A stretch of DNA of 63,563 nt, filler included, from Chrysochromulina tobinii (Eukaryota): NCBI GenBank assembly GCA_001275005.1. It is 6 parts of 6 records of this genome, joined end to end, with 100 filler letters (N's around TTAATTAATTAA, not from the genome) between each part and the next. Parts side by side here need not be neighbours in the genome. Positions count along the whole stretch, not along the records: positions 20,933 to 39,813 come from JWZX01000754.1; 5 more parts are not named here. One strand, 5' to 3'. Within the stretch, counting starts at the first letter, position 1; each line of letters opens with the position of its first letter. The position numbers were made by a program, and so were the translations under genes. This document shows positions 21,564 through 31,407 of this stretch, piece by piece. Under the pieces are notes generated by a model. It made no database searches and had not been told where the DNA came from. It was given only the letters and a program-made list of their open reading frames with translations.

Positions 21564-22265
21564 TCACGCGTCCGTCTTCTGCTCCGGCTTCTCCTCCGAA
21601 TCCCCGCCGTGCTCTTCGATGCATGCGCTGATGAGCTTGAAGACCTCCTCTGCCATCTCCTTGAGCACCTCGTGCTTGTCCGGATGCCACTTCAACTTGA
21701 GCTGCTTGAACTTGCGCTTGCGCTCGTCGGGAGGCAGCTTGGCGGCCTCCTTGACAGCGGCCACGAGGGCCTCCTTAGTGCGCGTGAGGCCGAGGGCCGC
21801 GTCCGACTCGCTGGCCGGCGGGGGTGGCGGCGGCTCCACCTCCCTCGAGTCGAGAACTTGTGACGCGACTTCCCGCCACTTCTCGAGCTGGCGCACGCGC
21901 CTGAGCAGAGCCTCGTTCTTGTACGACGCGTCTGCCAGGAGGTTGTGTGCGAGCAAGAGCTCAGCCTCGAGCTCGTCCCTCTCGTGCTCCCCTCGGACCA
22001 CCTCGATGGCTGCCTCGTCCCTCTCGTGCATCGCCTTCTCAGCTTGTCCCATCGAGCGCTGGAGCGCCGCCTCGAGCTGTGCTACACGCTGAATCGCTTC
22101 GTCCCTCTCTTCGAGCACCCGCTTGGCAAGGGCGTGGGCCAGCTCCGCGGACTCCACCCCGATGCTGCAGTGAGGCGGGCGCGCATAGCGCAGATTGGCC
22201 TGCTGATTCTCGGCGTCAAAAATTTCCTCGAGCTCCTCGCGCGTGTAGGCTGCGCGTCGATCCAT
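21564..22265 (-). CDS. Coiled-coil protein with C-terminal J-domain-like HPD motif
   Basis: ERDEA heptad-like repeats; RKRKFKQLKLKWHPDKH..MAEEVFKLI. Confidence 0.75.
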   Translation of the reverse strand: MDRRAAYTREELEEIFDAENQQANLRYARPPHCSIGVESAELAHALAKRVLEERDEAIQRVAQLEAALQRSMGQAEKAMHERDEAAIEVVRGEHERDELEAELLLAHNLLADASYKNEALLRRVRQLEKWREVASQVLDSREVEPPPPPPASESDAALGLTRTKEALVAAVKEAAKLPPDERKRKFKQLKLKWHPDKHEVLKEMAEEVFKLISACIEEHGGDSEEKPEQKTDA

Positions 22266-22708
22266 TTTCTCCGCAGCCTGCTGCGGCTGCCAATCGGTGA
22301 CGTAGCGGAGAGGCGTGGCTGCGGCTTGCGAGCGTTAGGGACCACAGTGCTCCTGTAGGACTTGGCGAAAGTTTGAAGTCCCTGGATTTCTTGTGAATTT
22401 GAATAGACGGGACGCCGTTTCGACCCTCTATCGTTTCGAGGTTCGGAATTCTTCAGCAAATTCAAGAGAGAAGGGGAGTTGCGTGCGCGTACATGACAAA
22501 GTTCAATGCGGCGCGGTGCGTGCAATACGTGTTCGGAATTTGACGATTTGGTTTCGTCGAAGCCGCCGACTTTCGTTTGTTATCAGCTGGCAGCAGCTGC
22601 ATATGTCACACAAGCATCTTCTCTCGAAGAGGACCTGTCGAACGTGAACGCTTGCAAGACACCGAAGGGCAGGGGGGGGGCGATCGCCAGTTCGTCCACA
22701 CTCCGAGC

Positions 22709-24036
22709 ATGTTCCACGAGTTCTTCTTGCGAGGTTCCCGCGCTCGAATCGCATGGGCGTGGTTCGGCCTCGCAAGCATCATGGGCAAGGCCGTGTTCAG
22801 CGCTTGGAACAAGCGAAGATACAATGACTTCACCCTCGACTTTTACAATTTGGTGGCGTATGGGCAGGAGTACGGCCTCGGGCATGAGCAGATGGTTGAT
22901 CGACTCTACAGCATCATGTGGAGCTGGTTGTCGATCCAGATGGCCCAGTTTCTCGTGTACCCGGCGCTGCGCATACTGCACAATTACTGGGCTGCTTCCT
23001 GGCGATTCGTCCTCGTGGAAGAGTACTTGCAGCGCTGGCACAGGAACTCGAGGCCTCTTGAGGGCGTCTCGCAGCGCATTCATGAGGACGCGCACCGCTT
23101 CACCGAGGGCATCAACTGGATCACGTACGATCTCCTCGATTCCATCGCCAGCCTCGTGGCCTTCACTCCACTCCTGGCCACTCTTGGCGAGAAGGTGCCG
23201 CCGCCCGGATTCGGCAAGGGAGAGGTGCCCGGCGTATGGCTCGCGTATGCCGCCGTGGGGGGAGGCATCGTTGGCACGTGCATCTCGCTCTTCATCGGTC
23301 GCCACCTCGTGGCGATCCGAGTCACCATTCAACGGCTGAACGCGAAGCTGCGTCGCGATCTCGTCCTCGTTGAATCGGCGTATGAGCATGTGGCGGGAGC
23401 GGATCCAGACGAGTACAGCACGAAGCATAGTCGCCGGGCGAGCCGTTTGGCGCCCTTTGCGCCCCTGTTGACCGAGATGTGGAACGCTTACAGTACGATG
23501 TACGTCCATCTCGGCGCGCGCGCGCTGGCCTGATTGCCTCCCTCATCAGTCTGATTGCCTCCCTCATCAGGTACGTCCATCTCGGCGCGCTCCGCTTTTG
23601 GAACGAGCTGTGGTCCAATGTCGACGAACTGCTCCCGTACATTCTAGTTGCGCCGCGTCTGATCGCCGCCGACCCGGAGATGCGTCTCTCGTACGGCGAC
23701 CTCGCCCAAACGAAGAACGCCGTCGGGCGCGTCTTCAACCAAATCTGGACCTGGGCTGAGAAGTGGGAGGACTTGACTGAGTGGATGTCGGTCCATCGGC
23801 GTCTCGTCGAACTTGAGGAGATGCTTGCCAACGCGGACGAGCGCGAAGCCTTGGCGGCCTTCGCCACTCCGACGCCGTCCTTCGGCAAGGTCTTCGGCCA
23901 CGCTCTGCCTTCTAAGGCACTGCCGTTGGCCATGCCAGTGGCGCGGAGCGCGAGCAGTTCTCCAACGGCTGTGATTCCGAGCTCTTCGTTCCGAGGGGTG
24001 CGATCCGAACCTTTCAGGATGGCGGATATGGTTTGA
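22709..24036 (+). CDS. sbmA: SbmA/BacA-family peptide transporter (ABC-like TMD, no ATPase domain), 2 exons
   Basis: Starts MFHEFF (cf. SbmA MFKSFF); FYNLV, WR...EEY, EGVSQRIHED..RF, LVAFTPLL, QRLNAKLRRDLV..E, LPYILVAP, W..LTEWMSVHRRL..LE. Intron 23500-23570. Confidence 0.8.
23500..23570 (+). mobile_element. Introner-like intron, module B ((CTGATTGCCN)n...CTCATCAG); related acceptors at 12679, 13492, 14110, 14408, 15443, 16428, 29543, 30099
   Basis: Perfect 20-nt duplication GTACGTCCATCTCGGCGCGC at the intron start and at the next exon start; two tandem CTGATTGCCTCCCTCATCAG modules. Confidence 0.8.
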
Positions 24037-24808
24037 ATTCGGTCTCGCCAGCATGAGTCGGCACCTCGGCAACACGAACCGCGTGTATGATGGATACACA
24101 CTGTAGACGACCCGTTTTGGCTTGGAGCCCTCTGGTCTGGTCGTCCCTGCGCTGTCTCCTCCTGGAGGATTGGAGGACCCCACATACCCAGGGGCTCCTC
24201 CGGAGCTACACTAGTCCACCGTAGAAGGTCTGGTCGTCTAAGGTACGCTGTTGAACCCCAGCGACGACGTGACGACCAAAGCCAAGAAGTAGACCGGCGT
24301 GCACACTGCGTCTGTGACGCGCGTGATGGAACCGCCAACCGGACCAAGTCCAAGACGTGGACGAGCTTTAGGTCGAACCGAACCGTCAACCGGAACGTCG
24401 TCCTCGGTGTGAGCGCCGACGAGCGGACGGTTACCCATGACGGTTACCGGCCGGGCTTACGCCTTATCACTAACAGGTTTCGTCGGTCCTCTCTCTTGAA
24501 TTCCTAGCATGAACGGCGACCCGCACGCGGCACGCATCGAGGGAATCTCCCCCGGGATTCCCGACATAAATTCCCGACATGACGTCAACACCTAGGGAGT
24601 GATGACGTCATCCCGAGGGTCTGCCGCTCGCACCTCCTCACGTTGACGTACGTACAACACACCAGGGACCATACAGCCGTGTACCGTCCGGACGTACACA
24701 GCATGTCGGTCGGATTGTCTACTAGATTGTCGTGTTGCGCTGCCCACGATGTGTATAGCCCCCCCGCTACCCGGTGTGCCCGGAGCCCGCCGGACTTCTG
24801 TCACCGTG

Positions 24809-26740
24809 TCAGATGGCCACGCAAGTGAAGAAAGTGTCAGGTGGCATCTCCAAGTGTTTGGGCGCCGTAATGGTACTGAACCCAGAATGACGACCGACAG
24901 AAATTGGATTCCAAAACACGAGTGTTTTGTCTTGAACGTCGATTTGGGGAGTCGTACAAGTAATTGCGCCCGTAGCAGCACTTTCACCATCACTGCCGCC
25001 AAAGCACCAGAGGACGCCACTCACCATGGCGGCACCAATGCCTTCGGCGGCTTTGGGGAGCCGTATTGTAGAAGCTCTGTCCCACTTATCAATGGCCGGG
25101 TAGTATGTATTGCACTCATTCGTTGCAAAGAACTTGCCGTCTTCGTCTCGACTCCTCCCGCCTAAGGTGACAATGGCCGTACCTTTGTCGCTATCAACCA
25201 CGACCGCTGCAGCCATGTTTGTGTAACCACGTGGCATATCACACACAGGCGTCCACACATTGGTCTTGGAGTCGTACTTCTCGACGCTCTCCGAATGCCA
25301 GGACTCATTGGTCTCACCGCCAATGGCGAACAGGCAGCCTTGCGCGGCCACGAGGCAAAAGTCTTTGCGTGCAACATTCATGGGCGCGACCGGATGCCAA
25401 GTGTCGCTCGTCGGGTCGTATGACTCCACCGCAGCACGCTCACAATCCGAATCAGTGTCCCAGCCTCCAGCCACGTAAATCTTTCCGTCTAGAGCAGCGG
25501 CACTAGCTATGCGACATTCACCCCCATGACAAGTCGCCAAGGCTGCGAGTGTGCGCCATTCATCGGTGGCCTCGTCATAGCGCATCAGCACATTTCGCTC
25601 CATCTTTCCGTCGAATGCAACCACGTACAGCTTCCCATCAAGAGCGGTCGCTGACACTGGACAATCCGCACCTGGTAGTGATGCGATCGAAGTCACAGCT
25701 CGAGTGACCGGATCAAATCGTTTGCAGAGCCTGAAACTGAAATCAAGATTCTCATCTTCGAAACCGAGCAAGTAGATGGCTCGGCAGCCTTCGCGTGGTC
25801 TGCTTCGCGGCATCTCGGGCTTCACATCGAGCTTATCGGCAAGGGCGTACGCGACGTCCTTCATAATGGTGGGTGACGCCGCCACGAGCGGCTCGGACAG
25901 CACATCGTGCAGCCGCTCACGCGGCATGAATCCAAAGCGCACGTGCGCGAGCAGCTCGGCGAGCTCACTGTCGGAGGTCGCCCCGTGGTGACGCGCCCAC
26001 TGCAGCGCGGCTTCGAACGCGGTCAGCTCGGAGTCGATCGTGAGCGCATCATCACCCAGCAGAGCGAGCAGACGCTCGCGGGAGAGGCTCAGGAAGCTCG
26101 GACTCTTCACCAGAGGCTCAAAGCTGCGCAGGCACGTTCGCCGGGCGGCCGTCTCAAGCATTGGCAACGAGTAGCGCTCGGCCAGCTCCCAAACCTGGAC
26201 ACTGTCCGTGCACGTGACACGATGCTGGATTGCGGCGCTCACCGCCTCCAGCAGCGGCGCGACTTCGAGCCGCGACGCGACCTCGAGCAAGTCCAGCAAT
26301 CGAGCATCGCTCTCGAGCGTTGCCGCACCTGAGTAGATGAAATCTAGCGCGCACGCGAAGGCCACCGCGCTGAGGTCGGAGACGGTGAACTCGCGGGTGC
26401 CGCTGTCCGCAAATGACTGCTGCTTGAAGTGGACGCGCATAAATGGTGACGCGGCTGCTAGCACACATCGGTGCGCCGGAAAGGCCTTGCCCTCGACGAC
26501 GATCACAATGTCGCAGAAGTTGTCCGCGCTCTCGCGCCAGAGCGCGATGAGCTCCGTCGGGTAGGCAGCGCCGCCACTGAGTTCGACGGCCACTTGTCTC
26601 GCGCAGTCCTCGGTGAGTCGCGCTCGCTTTGTGGCACGAGGAGCCTCGACCGCAGCCATTGTCGACGCCCCGCGACTCGAGTGCAGCTTGAGCTGTGATC
26701 CGTGAACAGGGCTGTGAATGAATATACTCGGTGCAAGCAT
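24809..26740 (-). CDS. BTB-BACK-Kelch protein (KLHL-like)
   Basis: FCDIVIVVEGKAFPAHRCVLAAASPF, LDFIYSG, BACK segment, Kelch repeats (KIYVAGG..VESYDP..W; LFAIGG..VEKYD..W). Alternative start at 26659. Confidence 0.92.
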   Translation of the reverse strand: MLAPSIFIHSPVHGSQLKLHSSRGASTMAAVEAPRATKRARLTEDCARQVAVELSGGAAYPTELIALWRESADNFCDIVIVVEGKAFPAHRCVLAAASPFMRVHFKQQSFADSGTREFTVSDLSAVAFACALDFIYSGAATLESDARLLDLLEVASRLEVAPLLEAVSAAIQHRVTCTDSVQVWELAERYSLPMLETAARRTCLRSFEPLVKSPSFLSLSRERLLALLGDDALTIDSELTAFEAALQWARHHGATSDSELAELLAHVRFGFMPRERLHDVLSEPLVAASPTIMKDVAYALADKLDVKPEMPRSRPREGCRAIYLLGFEDENLDFSFRLCKRFDPVTRAVTSIASLPGADCPVSATALDGKLYVVAFDGKMERNVLMRYDEATDEWRTLAALATCHGGECRIASAAALDGKIYVAGGWDTDSDCERAAVESYDPTSDTWHPVAPMNVARKDFCLVAAQGCLFAIGGETNESWHSESVEKYDSKTNVWTPVCDMPRGYTNMAAAVVVDSDKGTAIVTLGGRSRDEDGKFFATNECNTYYPAIDKWDRASTIRLPKAAEGIGAAMVSGVLWCFGGSDGESAATGAITCTTPQIDVQDKTLVFWNPISVGRHSGFSTITAPKHLEMPPDTFFTCVAI

Positions 26741-27058
26741 GCTTCTACCCGTACCCGTCCGATGTGTGCGCGCCGCTCAGCGTGCCGGAGGCGGAGCGAG
26801 CGCTTTATCCAATTATCGCCCCTTCATCGGCGACCACTGACGTCTGACGAAGACCACCTATCTAACGCCATTGATCTAACGTCTCCGCAGCGTGAGAAAT
26901 CACCTATGACCTATATGCCAGTCACTCGTACACTGAGTCTATTGGGATGTTCGCAACGAGAGATACGATACATTCTTGAGAATCTCATAACTGTTGTGAA
27001 CACGCCTCTGGGACACCGTTTGAAAGGCCATCTTTGCAGCACAATCGCGTGCGTGCGC

Positions 27059-27871
27059 TCAGCGCTGCCGCTTCCAGGCGGTCTTCTCCGCAGCATAGCG
27101 CGCCGAGCCACCGCCTGTGCCAAAGTGGCCATTCGCCGCGCCCGTGAGACCATCGATCCGAAACTCAGACGACATCTTCGATCGGAGCTGCGCGATTGCA
27201 AAGCGGCTGTACTGCAGGTCTTCGTCATCGCCGACGCACGCTCCACTCAGGAGAAGAGATCGGATGTTGACGTCGACCTCAGAGGCGAGCGCACGCCCGC
27301 TGCGGATCTCACCATTCTCGGCTTGCATCGCCTCAAACGTGGCGACCACCACGGCGTCTGCGGGAAACGTCGGACGCATGAAACCCAGCTCCAGCGCCCA
27401 GGAGCCATCGAGCACAAAGCCCGCAGCCTCGCCGAGGCCAGCATCGACGACGCGCAGGACGTCATCGTGAGAAGAGATGCGCCAAAGCACGTCCACGCTG
27501 GCGTCGATCTCAGCCGCCATTTGCAGGTCAACCGTGGATAGCACCACTGCACTAGCGCCTGCCGTGATGGCCTCGGGCACGCTGGCGCTGTCGCCGTTGA
27601 AGATGACAGGGCATGGACCTGGGAAATCGCCCTTGGCAGTGTTCTGCTCCTTGTAGAGCGCGGCGACTGACGCCACACTAGGCGTCCACAATGTAGCCGC
27701 GTCCACCTTCCGAAGGCTTGAGGAAAGCTGCGCTAGAGCGAGGTCATCAAGGTTGCCAGTATACTCAACCGAGACAGTGAGAGCTTTGGACCTTGGGCTG
27801 AGAGTCTTTATAGCTGGTGGCGCCCGCGTCGCGAGGAGCGAGTGTGTGGTTGCCACGAGTAGGAGCAGCAT
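27059..27871 (-). CDS. Targeted TIM-barrel protein, indole-3-glycerol-phosphate-synthase-like (algal type)
   Basis: Signal-like MLLLLVATTHSLL; EQNTAKGDFPGPCPVI; EAITAGASAVVL. Family recalled; catalytic residues not checked. Confidence 0.55.
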   Translation of the reverse strand: MLLLLVATTHSLLATRAPPAIKTLSPRSKALTVSVEYTGNLDDLALAQLSSSLRKVDAATLWTPSVASVAALYKEQNTAKGDFPGPCPVIFNGDSASVPEAITAGASAVVLSTVDLQMAAEIDASVDVLWRISSHDDVLRVVDAGLGEAAGFVLDGSWALELGFMRPTFPADAVVVATFEAMQAENGEIRSGRALASEVDVNIRSLLLSGACVGDDEDLQYSRFAIAQLRSKMSSEFRIDGLTGAANGHFGTGGGSARYAAEKTAWKRQR

Positions 27872-28043
27872 GCGATCTCTTCTGCAGAACCTTTGCGGAA
27901 TTTGCGAAATTGAAGTCTCCGCCACGTTCACACAGCACACCGCCCGTTCACACTCTGAGCGGGCAGTAACAGTGCCGTAGCACCGGCTGTCGCGTCTGTC
28001 GTGTTAACGTTCACTTCGCTCGAACACGGCCGTCACGTCAGCA

Positions 28044-31000
28044 ATGCCGATCGTGGCGACCATCGGCAAATGCTCGACCGCGCCCGACGCGGCCGACTTC
28101 GACTCCTTCTGGCGATGGGAGGTCCGGATGCAGCGCGGCGCCGCGAACAACACAATCTTTGGCAAAACGACCAATCTTTACATCAACGACCGGTGCTTCG
28201 TGCCGCGGCGCGTGTGCAAGGTGCACCTGAGTCAGTCGAGCGCGACGCTGTTGCTGCCGCGCGAAGGGCCGGCGAACATAGATCTTTATCCTCAGCTCTA
28301 CGACGTCGTCATAGGCGCCGCACAGGTGATGGGCGTCGTCGCGCGCACGAGCTTCGCCTCGCTGCTCGAGCAGGCTGGCAGCGCCCCTGTAGTAAATCTC
28401 GGCAAGGGTGCCGCCGGCCCGCATGTGTACACCGACCCGGACAATTGGCCAGTGTTGGCACCGCTCTTCACGAATGCGCGCGCCGTCATTATCTGCGTCA
28501 TGTCCGGGCGCTCCTCGCCCAACTCGATGACGGGCCCATTTAACGGACAGTCCTTCGGAGCCGAGCAGATCCGAAATTTCGACGAGGTACTCAGCCTTTC
28601 GCGCCAGCCGAGCGAAGCGGCACGGCGGCGGAGCGAGAGGCTCCAGCGTGAGTCGCTCGCGTCGGCTCAGGCGGCATACGTCGACCTCGTACGCCGCATC
28701 CGAGCGGTCGCGAGCAGTCGCGCGCCGCGTATCATACTCGCTTGGTTCTCAAGTTGTCCCCTCGCCGGTTGCGCTGAGTTGTGGGAGTACCCGCAGTACT
28801 TCATGCGCCCGCCCGGTGTGAACGAGAGTCACAACGTGCTCTGGCCCCTCGGCCAGGCCCTCGGCGCCGAAGTCGTCGACTTATCCTCCCGAAATCTCCC
28901 GCCCTCGCCCCCGATTGCCATCGATCAATGCTCGAGCTGCGTCGTGGGCGCCGTCGTGGGCGCCGTCGTGGGCGCGGGCGCGGGTGGCGGCGCGAGTGGC
29001 GGCGCTGGAGAGGGCGGCGGCCGCGGCGTGGTCGGTGGCGGTCGCGTGTGCTCGTCTCCAGAGTTTCGTCAAGACGCCCTCAAGGCCGGCCGCACCTGCG
29101 GCGTCCACTGCTCCGCGGTAATTGCCGCTGATTGCCGCTGATTGCCACTGATTGCCACTGATTGCTCAAGGCCGGCCGCACCTGCGGCGTCCACTGCTCC
29201 GCGGTAATTGCCGCTGATTGCCGCTGATTGCCGCTGATTGCCGCTGATTTCCACTGATTGCCACTGATTGCCACTGATTGCCACTGAGTCTCCCGAGTTT
29301 TTGTCAAGACGCGCGCAAGGCCGGCCGCACCATTGCTCCGCGGTGAGAGAGGGAGGGCTGACCGGCGTGTCCACGGCAATGGCTCTCGGTTGGCACGCAT
29401 TACCCTGATGACACGCCAGCGAGCTCGCGTGCCCTTGATGTCCACTCATGATGTGTTGATGGCCTCACTCATCAGGTGAGAGACCGTATTACCCTTATTG
29501 CCATTGATTGTCGCTGATTGCCATTGATGGCCTCACTCATCAGGTGAGAGACCCGTATTACCCTGATGACATCGCCCACGAGCACGCGGCACGCGTGCTC
29601 GACTACGTGCTCAAGTCGGCGCCCGCGCCCAATAAGGTTCGGTCGGCGAAGAATCTGGATCTGAATCTGAATCTGCTGCCGCCGACGATGACCGGTACGG
29701 CGCTTCCCCGCGAGGAGGTCGGCTCGGCTCGACCGTTGCAGCTCTATGGCAAGCTCTTCTTCTCGCACGTGCACAAGGTCGCCGGCACCACGCTCAACGC
29801 GTACCTGACGGGACTCGAGGGCATCAACGACTGCGCGGCGACTGGGATCGACGCCACCGACGCGAGCTCGCCCGTTGTGAATGAAGACCACGTCAGCCCT
29901 ACCTCCTGGGCTGCCTTCGAACGCTGGTGGTTTCATCCGGAGCCGCGGTGCAACTTTGCTTCGATTGAGGAGCCCGAGCTGGGCGAGGTGCGATCTCCTC
30001 TGATGGCCACTGATGGCCTCTGATGGCCACTGATGGCCGCTGATGGCCGCTGATGGCCGCTGATGGCCGCTGATGGCCGCTGATCGCATCCTTCATCAGG
30101 TGCATGCACGCATTCAGGCCGCGCGCAAGGGGCGTGGCTCCGTCAGCGCGCCTCTCCCACACGAACCTCAGCTACTCTCATTTCTGCGGGATCCCGTCTC
30201 GCGCTGCCGCTCGCATTGGGCCTACGCCCAGGAGTTTTGCCGACGCCCGGACCGCGTTCGCACCCCGTACGCGGATTGCCATTGATTGCCTCTGATTGCC
30301 TCTGATTGCCTCCCTAATTAGCCCGCCCAGGCCGCGCGCTTCGCCGAGCGGTACGCGGAGGGCCACTGATTGCCCCGGATTGCCATTGATTGCCCCGGAT
30401 TGCCATTGATTGCCCCGGATTGCCATTGATTGCCCCGAATTGCCATTGAGTGTGCATGAGTGTCGCTGATTGTCTCCTTCAAAAGGTACTGTCGAGACGT
30501 CTTTCTTCCGCGCTTTGGCGCCGTGAACGACAGCGCCACGCACGAGGCGTTTGTCCAAGCTCAGTGCACGGAGCGCGCGAGTCGCTCGCTCACGCCGCTG
30601 AACGGGATCGACGACCCGGTGCGATTTCTACAGCGGAACGTCAGCTTTGTGGGCGTACACGAACTCTTTCTCGAGTCGGTCTGCCTGCTATTGCACCAGG
30701 TGTCTGATGGCCTCTGATTGCACCTCTGTTGGCCTCTGATGGCCTCTGATTGCACCAGGTGTCTGATGACTGCCGGATGGCCTCTGATGGCAGCCAGATG
30801 CCCTCTGATGACCTCTGATTGCCTCTGATGACCTCTGATGACCTCTGATTTCTACCCTCACCAGGCGGGCCAGTTGCCCACTCGGCTGTGCACGTGCGTC
30901 GAAAGTCCGGGCGGCGGCGGAAAGCAGCATCTCGGCATCGCGCAAGAGCTGCGCCCGCCCCTGAGCGAGGCTTGGAAACGAAGCCGGCTGGCAGCGACGG

Positions 31001-31149
31001 GCGTGCCGCCCTTGTTGACCACGGACGCCGAGATCCTCCGACGAAGCCCACGCGATGCGGCCATCTATTCAGCCATGCTCAGGACGGTTCGGCAGCGCAT
31101 CCGCACCGCCCTGCCAAACACCATCTGCAACGACCGCGGCTACAAGTGA
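28044..31149 (+). CDS. Multi-exon protein: DUF6473-like N-terminal domain + sulfotransferase-like domain
   Basis: GAAQVMG, PVVNLGKGAAGP, VMSGRSSPN, YYPDDIAHEHAA; then FFSHVHKVAGTT and FLRDPVSRCRS (PAPS motifs). Repeat-filled introns 29118-29543, 29988-30099, about 30255-30485 (unresolved) and 30700-30864. Confidence 0.65.
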
Positions 31150-31407
31150 CGAGAGGTTAAGGACATGAAACCGGACTGTTCGGTTTGAGTAGTACGGAGG
31201 TGCAAAACTCTACGTGTCTGAGCGGTCCGTGACCCGTCACCCCAGATGTCAGTTGATCGACACGGTCACATAATCCAGCCCGCCCCCCCCCGCTCACCCT
31301 TTTCGAGTATGGTGTATGCAAAAGCCTTAAGGTGTCCCTCAATTTCCATAGGAGCATCAACTGTGAGTGGACCGGTGCATCTAGTCCAGTCGCCACCAAA
31401 ATCCGAT

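Noticed and set aside
24578..24612. Two TGACGTCA (CRE-like) sites
   Set aside because: Short motifs between convergent gene ends, with no supporting evidence.
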